From Lingula anatina (taxonomy: Eukaryota; Animalia; Brachiopoda): a stretch of DNA of 64,000 nt. Shown one piece after another: positions 38,101-51,360 of this stretch. The stretch is taken from the NCBI GenBank assembly GCA_051362555.1, contig CM120649.1, positions 10,540,001-10,604,000 of the forward strand, in the 5' to 3' direction. A program made the position numbers and the translations under genes. Below the pieces are notes generated by a model. It searched no databases, was not told where the DNA came from, and saw only the letters and a list, made by a program, of their open reading frames with translations. Each line of letters opens with the position of its first letter. Position 1 is the stretch's first letter.

Positions 38101-39038
38101 TATAATCATAAAACCAGAATCACCAATGCATATTAGTCACTAGAAAGAACTGCAAAGAAGATCCTTTCAGTATTGAGTTACTTCAATTGTGGCTTTGTCT
38201 CTTAGATAAAGTTAAAATCCGTCGAAGTTTAATTGCCTTATTGTTACAGGTATAGTAAATGTATTCTAATTGGCTACAATATTTCTTGCTACAGAAATTA
38301 ATGTTGATATATTTTGATGTGTATTCGTAGCTTCGTACTCCTAAAAGTGACACCAAAATCTTTCCCATTGGATGTGGAATAAAAAATTCAGTACAATACC
38401 TTAGTATATACTTATTCTATATAATTATTATATATAAGACGACAGCCACTGGATAATTGTAAAGATCAAATAATATTCAATATAGGAATATATATATTTC
38501 TATAGAATTTCATAAATTGGCGGCCATTTTGGATATTTCGACCAAACGGTAAAATTTTTCAAAGGGCTACGACTCTAATTTGATTTAGCATATCTAAAGG
38601 TAACCATATTTTGTATCCGCCGTGTCACGATTTGGCCATTTTTTTACCCTAAGCCACCCCACTAATTTACATTAATGTGCTAATGCACCAAATTCATCAA
38701 TGCGCAAAAATAATGGAGATCTTAACGCGTGCCAGTTGACTAAATACACATGACTAAAGGGTGAAAAAAAGAGAATTAAAACCACAAAAGATAAATAAAC
38801 AAGTCTGTTGTGGATACCTGTCACCCAGAAAGTATATTTAAATAACAAAATAAGAAAAATAATAAAATTTGATAAACCTGGCCACTTTAAACTTTGTAAA
38901 ATATCCTGATAGGACAATTGCCTCCGGACTCAGAACGTGGGCCAAACAAAATGGTGCAACGATGAATCAGAGAGGAAACAAGATTTAAAATAATCGAATT
39001 AATCACAATTTCCAGTGGTGGGCCACGTTTTATTCAAT

Positions 39039-42000
39039 CTAATGGTTTTTCATTATATCTAAATAAGCTGTAACGCAATCAGATACAAATTTCTCCGCAG
39101 CTCTTGCCAATTCTGTCTCCAGATTTTCAAACAAAGTGTCCACAATGGCAGCCTTTTCCTCATCGGTCCGCTGTTGGTCTAGACCACCAATAAAAGTGGC
39201 GTAACTCCAAGCCTTGATGCTATTCACGTATCTCTGTGCGCAGGAACTACCCTTCTCATTATCTGTGTGGAGAATAAAAAGAACTAACTTATTAATGATT
39301 ACTGCCGAAAACCTACAGTGTTCAGCGTGTCAGAGAAATATTCAAAAGGCATTTTCTTCATTTGAGACTTGGGGTTCATTCCCAGTGAAACTATCGTTCT
39401 ACATCAATCGATCCCACTCCGCGGGCACTCGCTGAATGCAGAAAGATTAACAGATAAACACGCCTTCTCCTGGGTAGAAAACAGAAAAGCTGGTGATTAT
39501 ACGAGTGCGTTGGAAGCACGATGAGGCGTGTTTATCTGTTCATCTGATTGCATGTAGCGAGAGTCCCTGCAGAGTTGGATTGATCTACGTAGAACGATAG
39601 TTTCAATGGGAATGGCCCCTAATAAAATGAATGTCCTTTTTATATATGCTTTAAAACAGTCATTTCAAAAATTAATACAAGCTACCGTAATGGTAAAGAA
39701 AGAATTAGTACAACAAAATTATTTAGGGCAGCACAATTTTCCGTATTATTATGTACCATGGTTTCACAAACGGAACCTTAAAAAGTTTACTCATTTGTAT
39801 TTATTTATTTTTTTTTTGTAGGCAAGTAGCTAAATTGTTTTGTAATATACGTACAATGTGGGCTAGTTTTACAAGATCGAGAGCTTTACTTCTCTAATAA
39901 AACACCTTTCTGGCCATTACTTGAGAAAAGTTAAAGTGTGTTCAACCTTGCTGTATCTCACCCTCGTACACTATGGCATAATCCAGTTCTGTTATTTCAG
40001 TTTCGATTGAAATAAGCCTTAATCCCACTTTGGCCACCTCAGAATCGCAACTTCGAAATGGCGCAGCCAATTCCTCTACTGACCGAAAGTATGCGCCACA
40101 GTTCGTGTCATCAAATTCCGCCTACAATTCAAAAAGGTAATGAACATTTGAGACACAAACGAAGCGCCACAGGCGTTTTTTCTTCCCTAGAAGTGCAATA
40201 TATATTGTATTAGATGGTTCTCATTTTTCAAGATGACTGTAAACCTTTTTTCGCACTGTCACACACACACAATCGGTGAAACGAAAATGGACCCAGAAGA
40301 AGAAATCACTGTGATTTTGAAGGGATGACAACTCTTCGTATGAAATTCAAAATTCCACATAAATGCTTTGCAAACAAAACTTAAAAATGTAATGAAAGCA
40401 TTTTACCACCGAAACGGCGCTTAATCGAAATATCTGGATATCTCAATAAACTTATAACGTAGGAACTATTGGTTAGTTTGGAAAAATTGTCGATTACCCA
40501 AGGGAAATACGTATTATGGCACTTTTCCCGCCAAAATGAAGAGTTGTCATCCCTTTAAATTTATCAAAAGGAAAAGGAAATTTAAATTTATCAAAAGGTA
40601 AATGGATAGCCCCTTGCGACAGCTAAAGATAGCACGGTTGGGTTAAGTTATAAAATATAATATGCAATATAAAACACTCAAACTGACCTTGCTTATTATA
40701 CCATCTGCAATGTAGGACCACCACTTGTCTCTTAACCATTGGAAGACATTGGTCTTCAAATGTCTCTTTGTACTGTACATTCGTCCTTTGTTGATGGTAG
40801 GTATCCCAATGATAAGATGTCCACCTTATATGTAAATCATAAATACTTAGTATTAGGTTGGTAAAATGATTAAATAGTGTCAGATGAAACAAAACGTATT
40901 TTCCACCCTTAATCAAAACACACTGATTACATGACCGAATCGTCGATGTGAGATCCTGAATGTGAATGTCATTGGCTTCAATCGTGTGATCAAGGTCTTT
41001 AAATGTGAAGGACCGGAACGCCTTGTTTAATTGGGGAAAACATGTTTTTAAAAATTTTCTTTAGTAAAGATTAACTATTTTACCCTCATTACACAGGACG
41101 CCCTCGCAGTATCAGATTTTTTTAGCAGAAACATCCATAGAATGAACTGGTCTGACTAAATATACTCGTGTGATGTATAAACTACGTATTTTGAGACCTT
41201 ACATTTAACGTCAAGTTAAAACAAAAAAACACGGTACATCTTGTGTTTATACCATACCGAACACAAATTTTTATAGTGATTACCTGATTGGATTATTATG
41301 TATCATACATATGTACCTGGCTTTAACTCTTTGGCCCTGTTCAGTAAAATCGTTTCCCAGTCACTCTTGGCCACTTGTTTATACATTTCTAATTCTTCCT
41401 CACTGGCTCGGGATCCGTGACAAAACACCTCTTGACGAAGCTTGCAGGGTCTATATATTTGAACATTTTGTATTTATGCACGCCATATCGGAAAAAAAAC
41501 TCTATTTTCATGATTGATGTACTTTAAATAATTATCAAGAACACTAAGTACGGCCTCTTTCGTGTTTAAATATCATAGGAAATAAGAAAAAAATTTAGAT
41601 GGACATTAAATGATTAACCATATATGTGATATACGTTACATGTAAAAGCGCTGCATATAAAAGCAATGCATATAAGATTAAACATTCAAAAGTTAGTCAA
41701 TGAAATTTCAAGCTGAACTTCTTTATGATGATTCGTGGCACATTACAAAAGTCAGAAAACATTCACTTGTACAACATCCATCTCGCGCTCAATGCAAAAT
41801 AATAATAATAATAATAATAATAAAATAATAAATCAAAATAAAAAATAAAAATAAATAAATATATAAACAATGCCACACTTATGAGTACATGAATCGTTAA
41901 GCCAATATAATAAGAAATTGTTGCACTGAACTTTCCTCTTGCTCAGCCACTGCATAGCATAATTGGATATGGCCAGGTCCACGTGATTTGGAGGTAGACA

Positions 42001-45000
42001 AGGTCCAAAGAAACTCTTTCCACTTGCCATAATGTACACGTTATCGACCTCGTTGAAGTTTGGTCGATTTCCATACAATCCTGGGGGTGAAAATAATAAT
42101 TTAATAAATAAAGAAGTTAATATGTATAGTATCCTGTAAACAAATAATCCAAACAGCCAAACTCTAGAACTCCTTTCTATTGTGTATTTAATTAATGTAT
42201 TCTCTATTTCGCAAAGTTAATAAAAACGTACTTCTGAGCTGCATAACTTGCGTTTCATCATTTTTTATGAGTAGCTCGCAAATGGAAACCCCAGGAAAGT
42301 TTGCAGCCGACTGAAATGATTTTAGAGTCAAGATTTCGCCTGCTTTAACAGGTCTGGGGAGCATTCAGATACATGTAGATCCATCGTACTACCTGGATCG
42401 GTCCAACTCTGCGGGACTCTGACTAAGTGAAATCAAAGGAATCAGCTTTAATGTTTGACAAGCCTCCTCGAGCAGCTATGGGGTAATTAATTAATTAATT
42501 GATTAATTAAACAGAATCAATTGCTTGGAACTGCCAATATAGATGGAAAAGAATGCATTGACAAAACTTCTCGGGGTTCATTTAAGCAGCAATAACACAG
42601 TTTCAGGCATGTACAATTTTTATCCAGTCTTTAATTGTTTAAAACAATCTTTCCACTCAGTCTCTAACACGTTCAGTAAATGTGAAAAACGTGAAAATGA
42701 ACGCTGGAGACAAAATGCGTGGACCAGTTTATAAGTAAATCTATTATTGTACATCAGATGAAGCATCTATTCAATTCCATCTCAACTTTTGTATTTCACT
42801 ACAAACATGTAACTGAAAACATGCATAATATTCGAAGTAAATTCGACGATAAACTCTGTAAATGTACTTGTGTTCGGAAATCAAATCAAACCACTCACAA
42901 CTTCATTGTAACATGTGTACGAACCTTGGGTGATACAAAACAGCGATTTAAAGTCGTTAAAGGGTTGGTCCTCGTACACTATCACAATCGGTTTTTCTTT
43001 GCCGTACTTTCTTCGCACTGTCTCTGGAAATGCCATGATCATAATATCATTATTCTACCATTAATTTATAAATCCAAGTAAAGTTAATTTTCTTTTCATT
43101 GACATCAGTACATTGTCATGTACACACCTCCATAATATTATTGAAACAAGTATATTCATTTAATGGACATAATGTGAACTAGGGCTTACAGTACTGACGT
43201 GAATGTGAAACACCATTGGCTTTTTTACTCAGTAAAATGGCAAGCCAAAGGCCGAAGTTGGACAATGTTGAAAGAAAACATTTGTATCTTTAAATAAAAA
43301 TAATTACAATTGAATTAGGTAGGAGCTTAAACATAGAAAATATTTGGTTTCTAATACACTTTAAAAGGGACTTAAACTTAAAAAGGCATTAATTTATAAA
43401 AGCGTTCCTAAAGGCTGAATGTTGGCTGTTGGAATTAACAAATGCTATTCCCCATAATTGACCGTATCTTTTATTCAATAAATAAGAATACATAGAAAAA
43501 ATATTATATAGTTTAGACATGATGCTTACATGGATGTTAAATTGTCATATAGTGAAGTTTACGGGCAATTTTTGTGTATATGTATATTCATGCTGATATG
43601 TCATTACCCTCTACCAAGGCCAAAAATTGATTTTTCACTAGATATTCACAGGTATGCCTCTGACTATTTCATGCTACTTTTCTCCACTGTCACCTTGTCA
43701 CGAAATCTATATGTATACTTCCATGGTTGAATAAAGGTGCACATTTTAATCTGCGGTCCTCGTGGAGGGTAGTATGTCAAGACCTTTGTAATTCACACGA
43801 CAGATATTTAAGGTAGCTTTGCGCTTGTCCCTGTCACAACATCTTTGTTCGAATTTGCAGTAGAGTGTCACAGTCCTGGATAATGCCGGAGACTGTTTGT
43901 AATATATGTTACCTGAAATTTGGGTCATCAGTTTCAAAGAAGTTCCGCCATCTCCCGCTCCATAGTCACAAATAACGAAATGCTCTTCCATAGGCTTGCC
44001 AGTCAGGTATTCATCTAAAAAAAGCATCCACATAAAACATGTGCATCGGTGGCGACCGTAGATTAGTACAGTTAAATCTAAACATGCACCGCTTATTATG
44101 CTACTAATGAACTACAAATAACAACTACAATTCCGTTTATAAATGCGTTATGTCGAATGCTATTACGTGAGCCTTATACTTTAGTCATCTCGCTTGTTAG
44201 ACCCCAGAATCAAATAAAAAATTTTGAATGGTTCCACACCTGTTTAATCGGCCACCGTGGTCATTATACAAAGTAGAACTCCTTGGTATAATGAATACAA
44301 TCCACACATTGCCTATCATCCGTTTAATTAGACTACCTGTTTGTAATTAAGAGAGAGAGAGAGAGACTGGGTGATGCAGGTTTATAACATGTAGCTAAAG
44401 GATAAAGTTTACTTAAACTGCTATATACATGTATAAGAATAAACCATGTCGTAACTAGAAAAGCACTCCTAGAGCGCAGACTTCCACCAAGGCAGCAATT
44501 TTTGATTATTATTAATTATTGATTGATTATTGATCCGGATCACCACCAAAAACTAATCATCTGTTCCTTGGCCCACTTCTGACAGTTCCTGAAAATTTCG
44601 TCAAAATCGGTCCATAACTTTTTGAGTTATGTTGATGACAGACAAACAAACAGACAAACAGGGGTGAAAACTTAACCTCCTTGGCGGTGGTAAAAATGCA
44701 AAGTCTTGCCTCATTCGGTATTGTTCATGGTGAGAATTTCACCAAAGAACTCAACAAACCAGCGTGACCTTTTAGATACATGTGAAGCTATGCCAAGGAA
44801 CGTATTTAATTAGCAAGAACCAGTTTCTAACTGGTACCAGACAAATAAAATCCACATTTAAAGCAAAATTGATTTCTCGGGTAACCAAAAAAAAAAAAGG
44901 CTTTCAGGAATGCAACTTTTTCAAATGTAGTCTAATTATTTCCTCTCTAGTCCGTAAAGCACAGACAGTAAGCAGAAAATATCGTTGAAATATCATTTTT

Positions 45001-46923
45001 TGGGAAATAATGTAAGAAAACTCTGTGGTATTTCTTTAAGTTCAAACTAATTGAAACTTTGTGGTGACATTTGGTCCGAATTAACGGCAATAATTTCGCA
45101 TGATCCTCAGCAGGCACTTAATACGCATCTATAAAATCAGGTCATTTCAATCGCCCGGCCTTTGTCCCTGCCGAGACCATCAATTAAAAATAACCGTGAT
45201 TGGAAATAGGCAGGCATACAAATGAAACAAACTAAACAACATTTAAAGCCAAAAGGTACATATATTTATATGTGTAATATAATAGGATTTGCATGAGTGC
45301 ATGGATCCCATTAGTCGGCACACCAACGTGATAACAGGTCATTAGTCTCAGCATGACTTTGTGAAGACGAAAATTATTATCAAAAGTTCATTCGCTCAAA
45401 ACAGTTTAAAGATACCGTAAGCGCAGTGGACAGAGATACCAAATACATTTTGATGAAGAGAAGAAAGTGAATCTTCCATCTGGATCGACCTAACTCCCTG
45501 GAGGTTCACGTGGGACCATTCCCACAGATATTTGGATCGATCTATCTCCCTGGGGAGTCTCACTACATGCATGCATTTATTCATGCTACTAAAGTCGAAT
45601 TTTGTCTCCCCAGAGTATCCAAACTGAAATGACAATGTACCCATCTGATCCTCGGACCGATAACAGATAATACTAACTAATTAAATATTTAATGGTAATA
45701 GTTAATAAGATCCGATAACCTGCCAGGGAATGTCTTTGCACCTTCGGTTAACGAGGTTCTTTTCAATTATATCTCCTTATTCATCCAAATTATTGCTACA
45801 GAAATTACTAAGCGCAACTCGTTAAAAAGTATGTGGGCTACAATTTTGAATCTCAGGATTGTCGATGAATTTGTTAGTTTTTAAGCTATCCCTCTTTTCA
45901 AGGAAGAATCAACTTTGATATCGGCTCTGTCTCACCTAGCGTAAAGACGTACGTATGAGTATAGACTATCTTATGTGACATCGATTATACGCACAACTTT
46001 CAACGTATGAAATCACCCTGTTTCCGGCGTATTAAATTGAAGATACAAGCATCGTATGGAATTGTTTTTAAAATGCTTACAACATTTCTGGGTATGCAAA
46101 CGTACACCAACGTAACCTCCTTTGCCTGCGTATACGACGTACCCATTGCGTATGTCTGCATAAGGGCAATTTTTCTCACACGTTCGTGCTTTACGCCAGG
46201 TGTGACAGTGCCATAAAGCCGGTATAATCAAAAACAAGTCAAGAGAATAATGAGATGCAATACTGTAGTGCTCTTATGGAGCTATATATTGCCGTTAAGA
46301 TAATTTTGATATCCTGATGCCAGAGAACCCCCCCCAAAAAAAATGCAAATGCATCGTCACCCTCAGGGCACTGATTGGACTTACATATATGGGTAATAGA
46401 CGTCACTTCAGTAAATAGAAAATAACACGTTGCATTACTTCTCTGACTTTACTTCTTTCCCCTCTGGACCATAAATTTTAGGAATAACTCCCAGTATATA
46501 CATGTACAATAACAAAAAAAATCTTACTTTAACATTTACCATTGAGTCAATCACTTTGTCACTTGAACACATTAAGTAAGTGTAGACAGTAGCAGTTTCT
46601 TACCAATGACTCTATCGGCTCTTTTCAATACCGCTCCATACAACGTCTCGTAACATAAAGAATTTTTGCTCCAGAACAGTGTCCCATCGACATTGCTTGG
46701 TACATTGTAGGTGGGGTACTGTAATTCGCCCTGCTTGGGATCTGAATTCATATTTTAAACAAGATGACAAAATTACATTTCAGAACACTTTTTAAAAGGC
46801 AAAAACATTTCAATTTATAGATTATGTAAGTTTTAATCACTCAAAGCCATTGCACGTAGTCTTGAGAGGTTTATGAGCATCTGATAACGTACCTTTTGGG
46901 GGAATTGACATATGGATATCCAT
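39039..46923 (-). CDS. SABATH-family (Methyltransf_7, salicylate/benzoate carboxyl methyltransferase-like) SAM-dependent methyltransferase, ~389 aa, 9 exons
   Basis: Exons 46893-46923, 46604-46741, 43913-44014, 42925-43023, 41936-42080, 41317-41450, 40688-40824, 39962-40121, 39039-39262 (1170 nt). Motifs ICDYGAGDGGTS, YEDQPFNDFKSLF, GKSFFGPCLPPNHVDLAISNYAMQWLS, DWETILLNRAKELKPGG and YFRSVEELAAPF. Confidence 0.9.
39371..39619. mobile_element. Fold-back MITE (Harbinger-like) in the last intron of the methyltransferase
   Basis: TIRs GGGGTTCATTCCCAGTGAAACTATCGTTCTAC / GTAGAACGATAGTTTCAATGGGAATGGCCCC, with arms extending to AACAGATAAACACGCCT / AGGCGTGTTTATCTGTT. Confidence 0.8.
40321..40554. mobile_element. 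MITE with 17-bp TIRs and a TTAA-type target (Kolobok-like)
   Basis: AGGGATGACAACTCTTC ... GAAGAGTTGTCATCCCT; flanks are TTGA (left) and TTAA (right). Confidence 0.75.
44453..44693 (+). mobile_element. DINE-1/HINE-like non-autonomous element, copy 2
   Basis: Highly similar to 11711-11952 along its length. Confidence 0.75.
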
Positions 46924-46969
46924 CGCACAGTGCCGCGTCTTCTTTTTTATCGTCATCAGTTTGGTCACA

Positions 46970-47010
46970 GAACAATTTGTCACTAAATGGGGTCAAAGCT
47001 GTATATAGAA
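46970..47010 (-). promoter_or_regulatory. Candidate TATA plus initiator for the methyltransferase gene
   Basis: Minus strand reads CTATATAC (47001-47008) followed ~20 nt later by TTTAGTGAC, ~60-80 nt upstream of the ATG at 46923. Confidence 0.35.
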
Positions 47011-47608
47011 CCGGTAGAAAACGTCTGACCATAGGTAAAAATGAGGTCATACAAAACGCCGCAAATGGCCTTTAGTGGTTTAAAGGGTGTAATTTTTTTC
47101 ACAAAATATCAACCGATACATCAAGAATCCACTTAGATGTTTTTTTTTATTTTCAATGCATGTTTATGTCACATGCCAACAATATAAAGCTGTGCAAGGT
47201 TTGGAATTTCATTAATTAACAAAGACAAATATGTTCAAATTGAAAACTGAGCTAAATTTGGTTTTGAATATATTTGCACAACGAGAATAAGGCAATATTT
47301 GGTATGCGTATGCGTCTATATATCACTGGACCCCACTAATACAAGCCCTGCATATCAGGGTTATGCACAAGAATTTCGAACACCGGTAAATCGTGCAAAT
47401 TCTGTCGGATTATGGAGACCAATCCTGGCGGAAATATTTTTATGAGCATTAATAAGAGGAGAAATATCTGTGAAAAATCTGCTAGCGGGTCGAGTGTCGG
47501 CGTGATGACAAGTTACTTCTGTCACCGATAATGCACCCCCCCCCCCGGGTAAGGCGTATATTAACCATGCTTTACTGTTGCTTCCATATTTGTTCGTGTT
47601 CCCGGTAA

Positions 47609-47915
47609 CATTGGCGGATTAATTGGGGGGGGGGGGGGGGGGTGGGGGGGGGGGGGGCAGGAGGGTCCAGACCCCCCCCCCTTTGGGTTTCTGAAAAATA
47701 TATCACACCAATATTCCCCTTTTGAAATTAAAATTTGGACTAGCTTAACCACAGTTCTAAACCGTACCAAGGGCACTGTTTGCTCTCCAAAACACCATTT
47801 TTTTGTCGGGACCGTTGAGCAGGCCCCAAACCCCACACCAAAGGAGCGATGGTCCGCTTCGCATTCGTGGCCTGTCGTTCCGGACCCCCTTCTAATAATC
47901 CTGGATCCGCCCCTG
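47609..47915. mobile_element. hAT-like MITE of the CAGTGGCGG...GGATCCGCCCCTG family, copy 1 (long G run)
   Basis: Termini CATTGGCGGATT / GGATCCGCCCCTG; internal similarity to 51045-51360 (GGTTTCTGAAAAATA, GACTAGCTTAA, TAATCCTGGATCCGCCCCTG). Confidence 0.75.
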
Positions 47916-48495
47916 CCCTCGCACCTTCATCTAACCCCAGTCGTTGAAGTCTCAAAAACAACAGCATTGTGAGGGCGTTTTGAACTATTTATTCACGGTT
48001 TACTGCAGTAAAACAAACTAACAAAATAGTTACAAGAGCGAATTAGCGGCTTGTTTGTTGAATAGGATAGCAATACTTTTGTTTACAGTTATATTTTTGT
48101 TTCCCATCCACTAATTATCACAGGTCCTTGCTAACATTTAGCCCCGCAAAAATTAAACCACTTAGGCCTACCTCAACCCCACACGAATGTCACCTTTAAT
48201 GAAGATGAATTAGTATCGTTTGACTTTCTTCTTCCACGCTCATACTGGGGCACATAGTTGTACTAATTTTGAAATGACCCATGCGTTATCTCCAGAATAA
48301 CGTCAAATGTCATATTTCTTTACTTGAATCTGTTTTTTTTTTTTTTATTGATTTCTTTTGCTAAATTCTTCTTTTTTACAAAATAGTTTGTAATCTAGAG
48401 TGTGCTGAAGGGTTCAGAAAGAGAACTAGTTTTGGAAACATATTGTATATATTCTTTTGAAATATTTTGCAAGTTAATTACTAACTTCAAATTTT

Positions 48496-48970
48496 AGCGC
48501 TCTCTTTCGGCGTACTCACTGTTTCACAGCGAGAGAAATCACAGTGCGCGATGATTGATGTTTGCTTATGTAACCTGCCAATCATGCTGTTATTACTTGA
48601 CAGCAACTATCAAAACTAACTGAATTTGATTGGCACCTTGTCAATCAAAGGATGTAGGAAGCTTGAACTTAACGTGTTCGACGACTATAGTGATCTACTG
48701 TGTAATGATTGTAATTGAAGTTTGTTTATATAACCTGCCAATCAAGCTGTGATTACTTGACAGCAACTATCAAAACTTATGAACTTGATTGGCATCTTGT
48801 CAATCAACGGATATTGGAGTTTTACATGTTCGGAAAGAAGAGTGTAGTGATTGTATTTGACGTTTGATTAAAAAAACTGTCATTCATAGTCGTGTGCGCT
48901 TGGCAGCTTCCATTAAAGCTGAATTAGCCTGTTTGAATTTGATTCATACCTGACAATACATGGCGCAATA
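48496..48970 (-). mobile_element. Interspersed repeat with about three internal tandem subunits (inverted relative to 17140-17470)
   Basis: TAACCTGCCAATCAWGCTGTKATTACTTGACAGCAACTATCAAAACT repeated at ~48571 and ~48731, with a third degenerate copy. Confidence 0.7.
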
Positions 48971-51044
48971 TTCTGGAGGTAGGGGGCATTTTATTTTTTT
49001 GTTTTGCAGCGCGTTAACAAACGTCGAGTTCTTTATTTCAATCGAAATTCAATCAATCTGAATTCAATCTGAAATTTAACAACGTGAAAGAGTCCCAGGT
49101 TCTTTCACAGGCGTTTTTAATTGTACTGAAAATCAGTTGTCATTCTTTTTATGGACATGATGTAAAATGACTATACTTGAATTAACGTTGCTGTCGATGT
49201 TTGTTGCTCCATAATTCTTTCTTTGGTTCTCGTACGAAATCGGAACTTTGTATACGAACTGAACATATTACCTTATTCCTACTCGTGTTCTTTTACACCC
49301 AATGGATATTTTTGGATCCATTAAAAACGAATGGTATAAAAAGTAAAACCTTGTCATTTTTTTAGCGCTACGGAGAGAAAAAATGCCGAGATAATGATGT
49401 CAGTGGCCATTAAAAGTACCGGTTTTGTTCGTTCCTTATAAAGGACCGGGGCAAAAAGTAGCTGTATATTGACAGGAGCGTGCGTGAAAACTGTTGTTTT
49501 TAAATAAACTGCACAATTAAAACTGTCAAATTTACATTGAAAACAATTTTATGCAATGCGTTAGCAATCTTTCGAGCTTTAATCTGCGATATATTGTTAG
49601 TACTTTATAAATATAAAAAACTCCAGATTTCAATAACGTTTGAAAATTGATAAACTAATAGTGGAATAAGTTGGGCTGGTTTAATCAAAGACTTGAAATT
49701 CTTGGTTTAATTTATTGAAATTGTTCGTTCATAATTTTATACTGTATTTTATCAGACTGGTAAAAAAATATCTTTTCATTATGTATAAAATGGATGCTAC
49801 GCCGTATAAGAATTAATATTTGATCGAACATTTACTTGAAAACATACTTTTATCTAATTTATTTTGTTCTATTTTTAAGTAAAAACAAAATTAAATCAGC
49901 ATTAACAACAGCACCTTTGCTTTGCCTCATCTAGCACCTTCTATTAAATTTTTGTCCGAAGGCATATATTATAATGTAATAGATTTCTTGGCATGCTTTT
50001 TGCAGTTTTAAATAATAAAATATTCTACGTGCAGTATTAATGTTTCATACCGCAAGGGACACTAATAATGAAGGTTTTTTCTCTCGGTATTTTTTCAACT
50101 AATCTATCATAGAGAAACACCTTTAACTTATTTCTATAACCAAGATTAAGTAAAATTCTTCCGTAGTTTTGAGCTCAGGTCGAGAAAAGCCGGTTTGTCA
50201 GCAGGTAAGTCAAAGGGGTTCAAACAGAGGAACCGGGGACGGTAGGCGAGTCTTGACATTCCTCTCTTTTAGTACGTAAACAAAAGAAGTGCACCCAAAA
50301 AATTGTGAACGAGGCAACTTAATATCTTGGCTTCCTATATCCCAATTTTCCCTTAGAAATACCAGGAAGTTGTAAAGAGATAACTTCTTGGAAATACCAA
50401 CAGATACTGAGCTTACTTAGGCCCCGATTTAAGGGTCATTCACAAGTAAACTCCATTCTTATTGTTCAACCTCTCTCTCTTCATTTATTTTAATCTATTT
50501 TAAGCTCTCTCTCTCTATTTTCTGTTGAACTGGGTCTTTTAATGGTAGACAGTAACGCGTCTTCTCATGAACGGGGCAATTTTTGTAGAGAGCAATACTC
50601 CATACGCTGTTTACTATAGAGATTATAGTCCCGCCTAGGTTTGTTAATTTTATTCATACAAGGCAATCAATCTTCCATTTTGAAGACCAATATTTGGCTT
50701 ACATGACAAAATCACAACATCAATGGTTTAATTCAAAATATATTGGGGGAAGGCCCCCTCCTCACACACCTACGGCTGCCCAAGGCATTCGGGGCGCGGA
50801 CTATAAAAAGAATGGTGTTTTAAAAGCCCCCTTTTTTTTCACGTCAACACAGGAAGGGACGGGCTGGTTCTTCTATTCCTCCTTCTTCTTCTTCTTTTTT
50901 TGTGGGAGTGCAGGTCGAAAGTTAACATTTTTGAGACCTTTCCTGCCGTGCGTAAGCAACCAGTACAACGCATGAATTTTGTGCTAGCCGTCACAATGAG
51001 GCCAAGACCGCAGCACTGGCAATTGCAAAACACTGCAGCCTAAG

Positions 51045-51360
51045 CAGTGGCGGGTTTAGGAAGGTGTCTGGGGGTCCGCCCCCCCCCCCCCCCCCCCCCC
51101 CCCCTTCGGTTTCTGAAAAATAAATCACAGCAACACTCCTCTCTTGATATGAGAATTTTGACTAGCTTAATCAGTTCTAGACCGTAGCAATTGGCACCGT
51201 TCGCCCTCTAAAATACCAAAATTTTTCGGTGCCCTTCAGCGGGCTCCGAACCCCACATGAAGGAGGGTGGAGGAGGGGGCGAGGGTCGGATTCGCATCCG
51301 AGGCCTGTCATTCTTTAAAAAAAAAGGACCGCACTCTAAATAATCCTGGATCCGCCCCTG
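51045..51360. mobile_element. hAT-like MITE, same family as 47609-47915, copy 2
   Basis: CAGTGGCGGGTTTAG ... TAATCCTGGATCCGCCCCTG. Confidence 0.75.
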
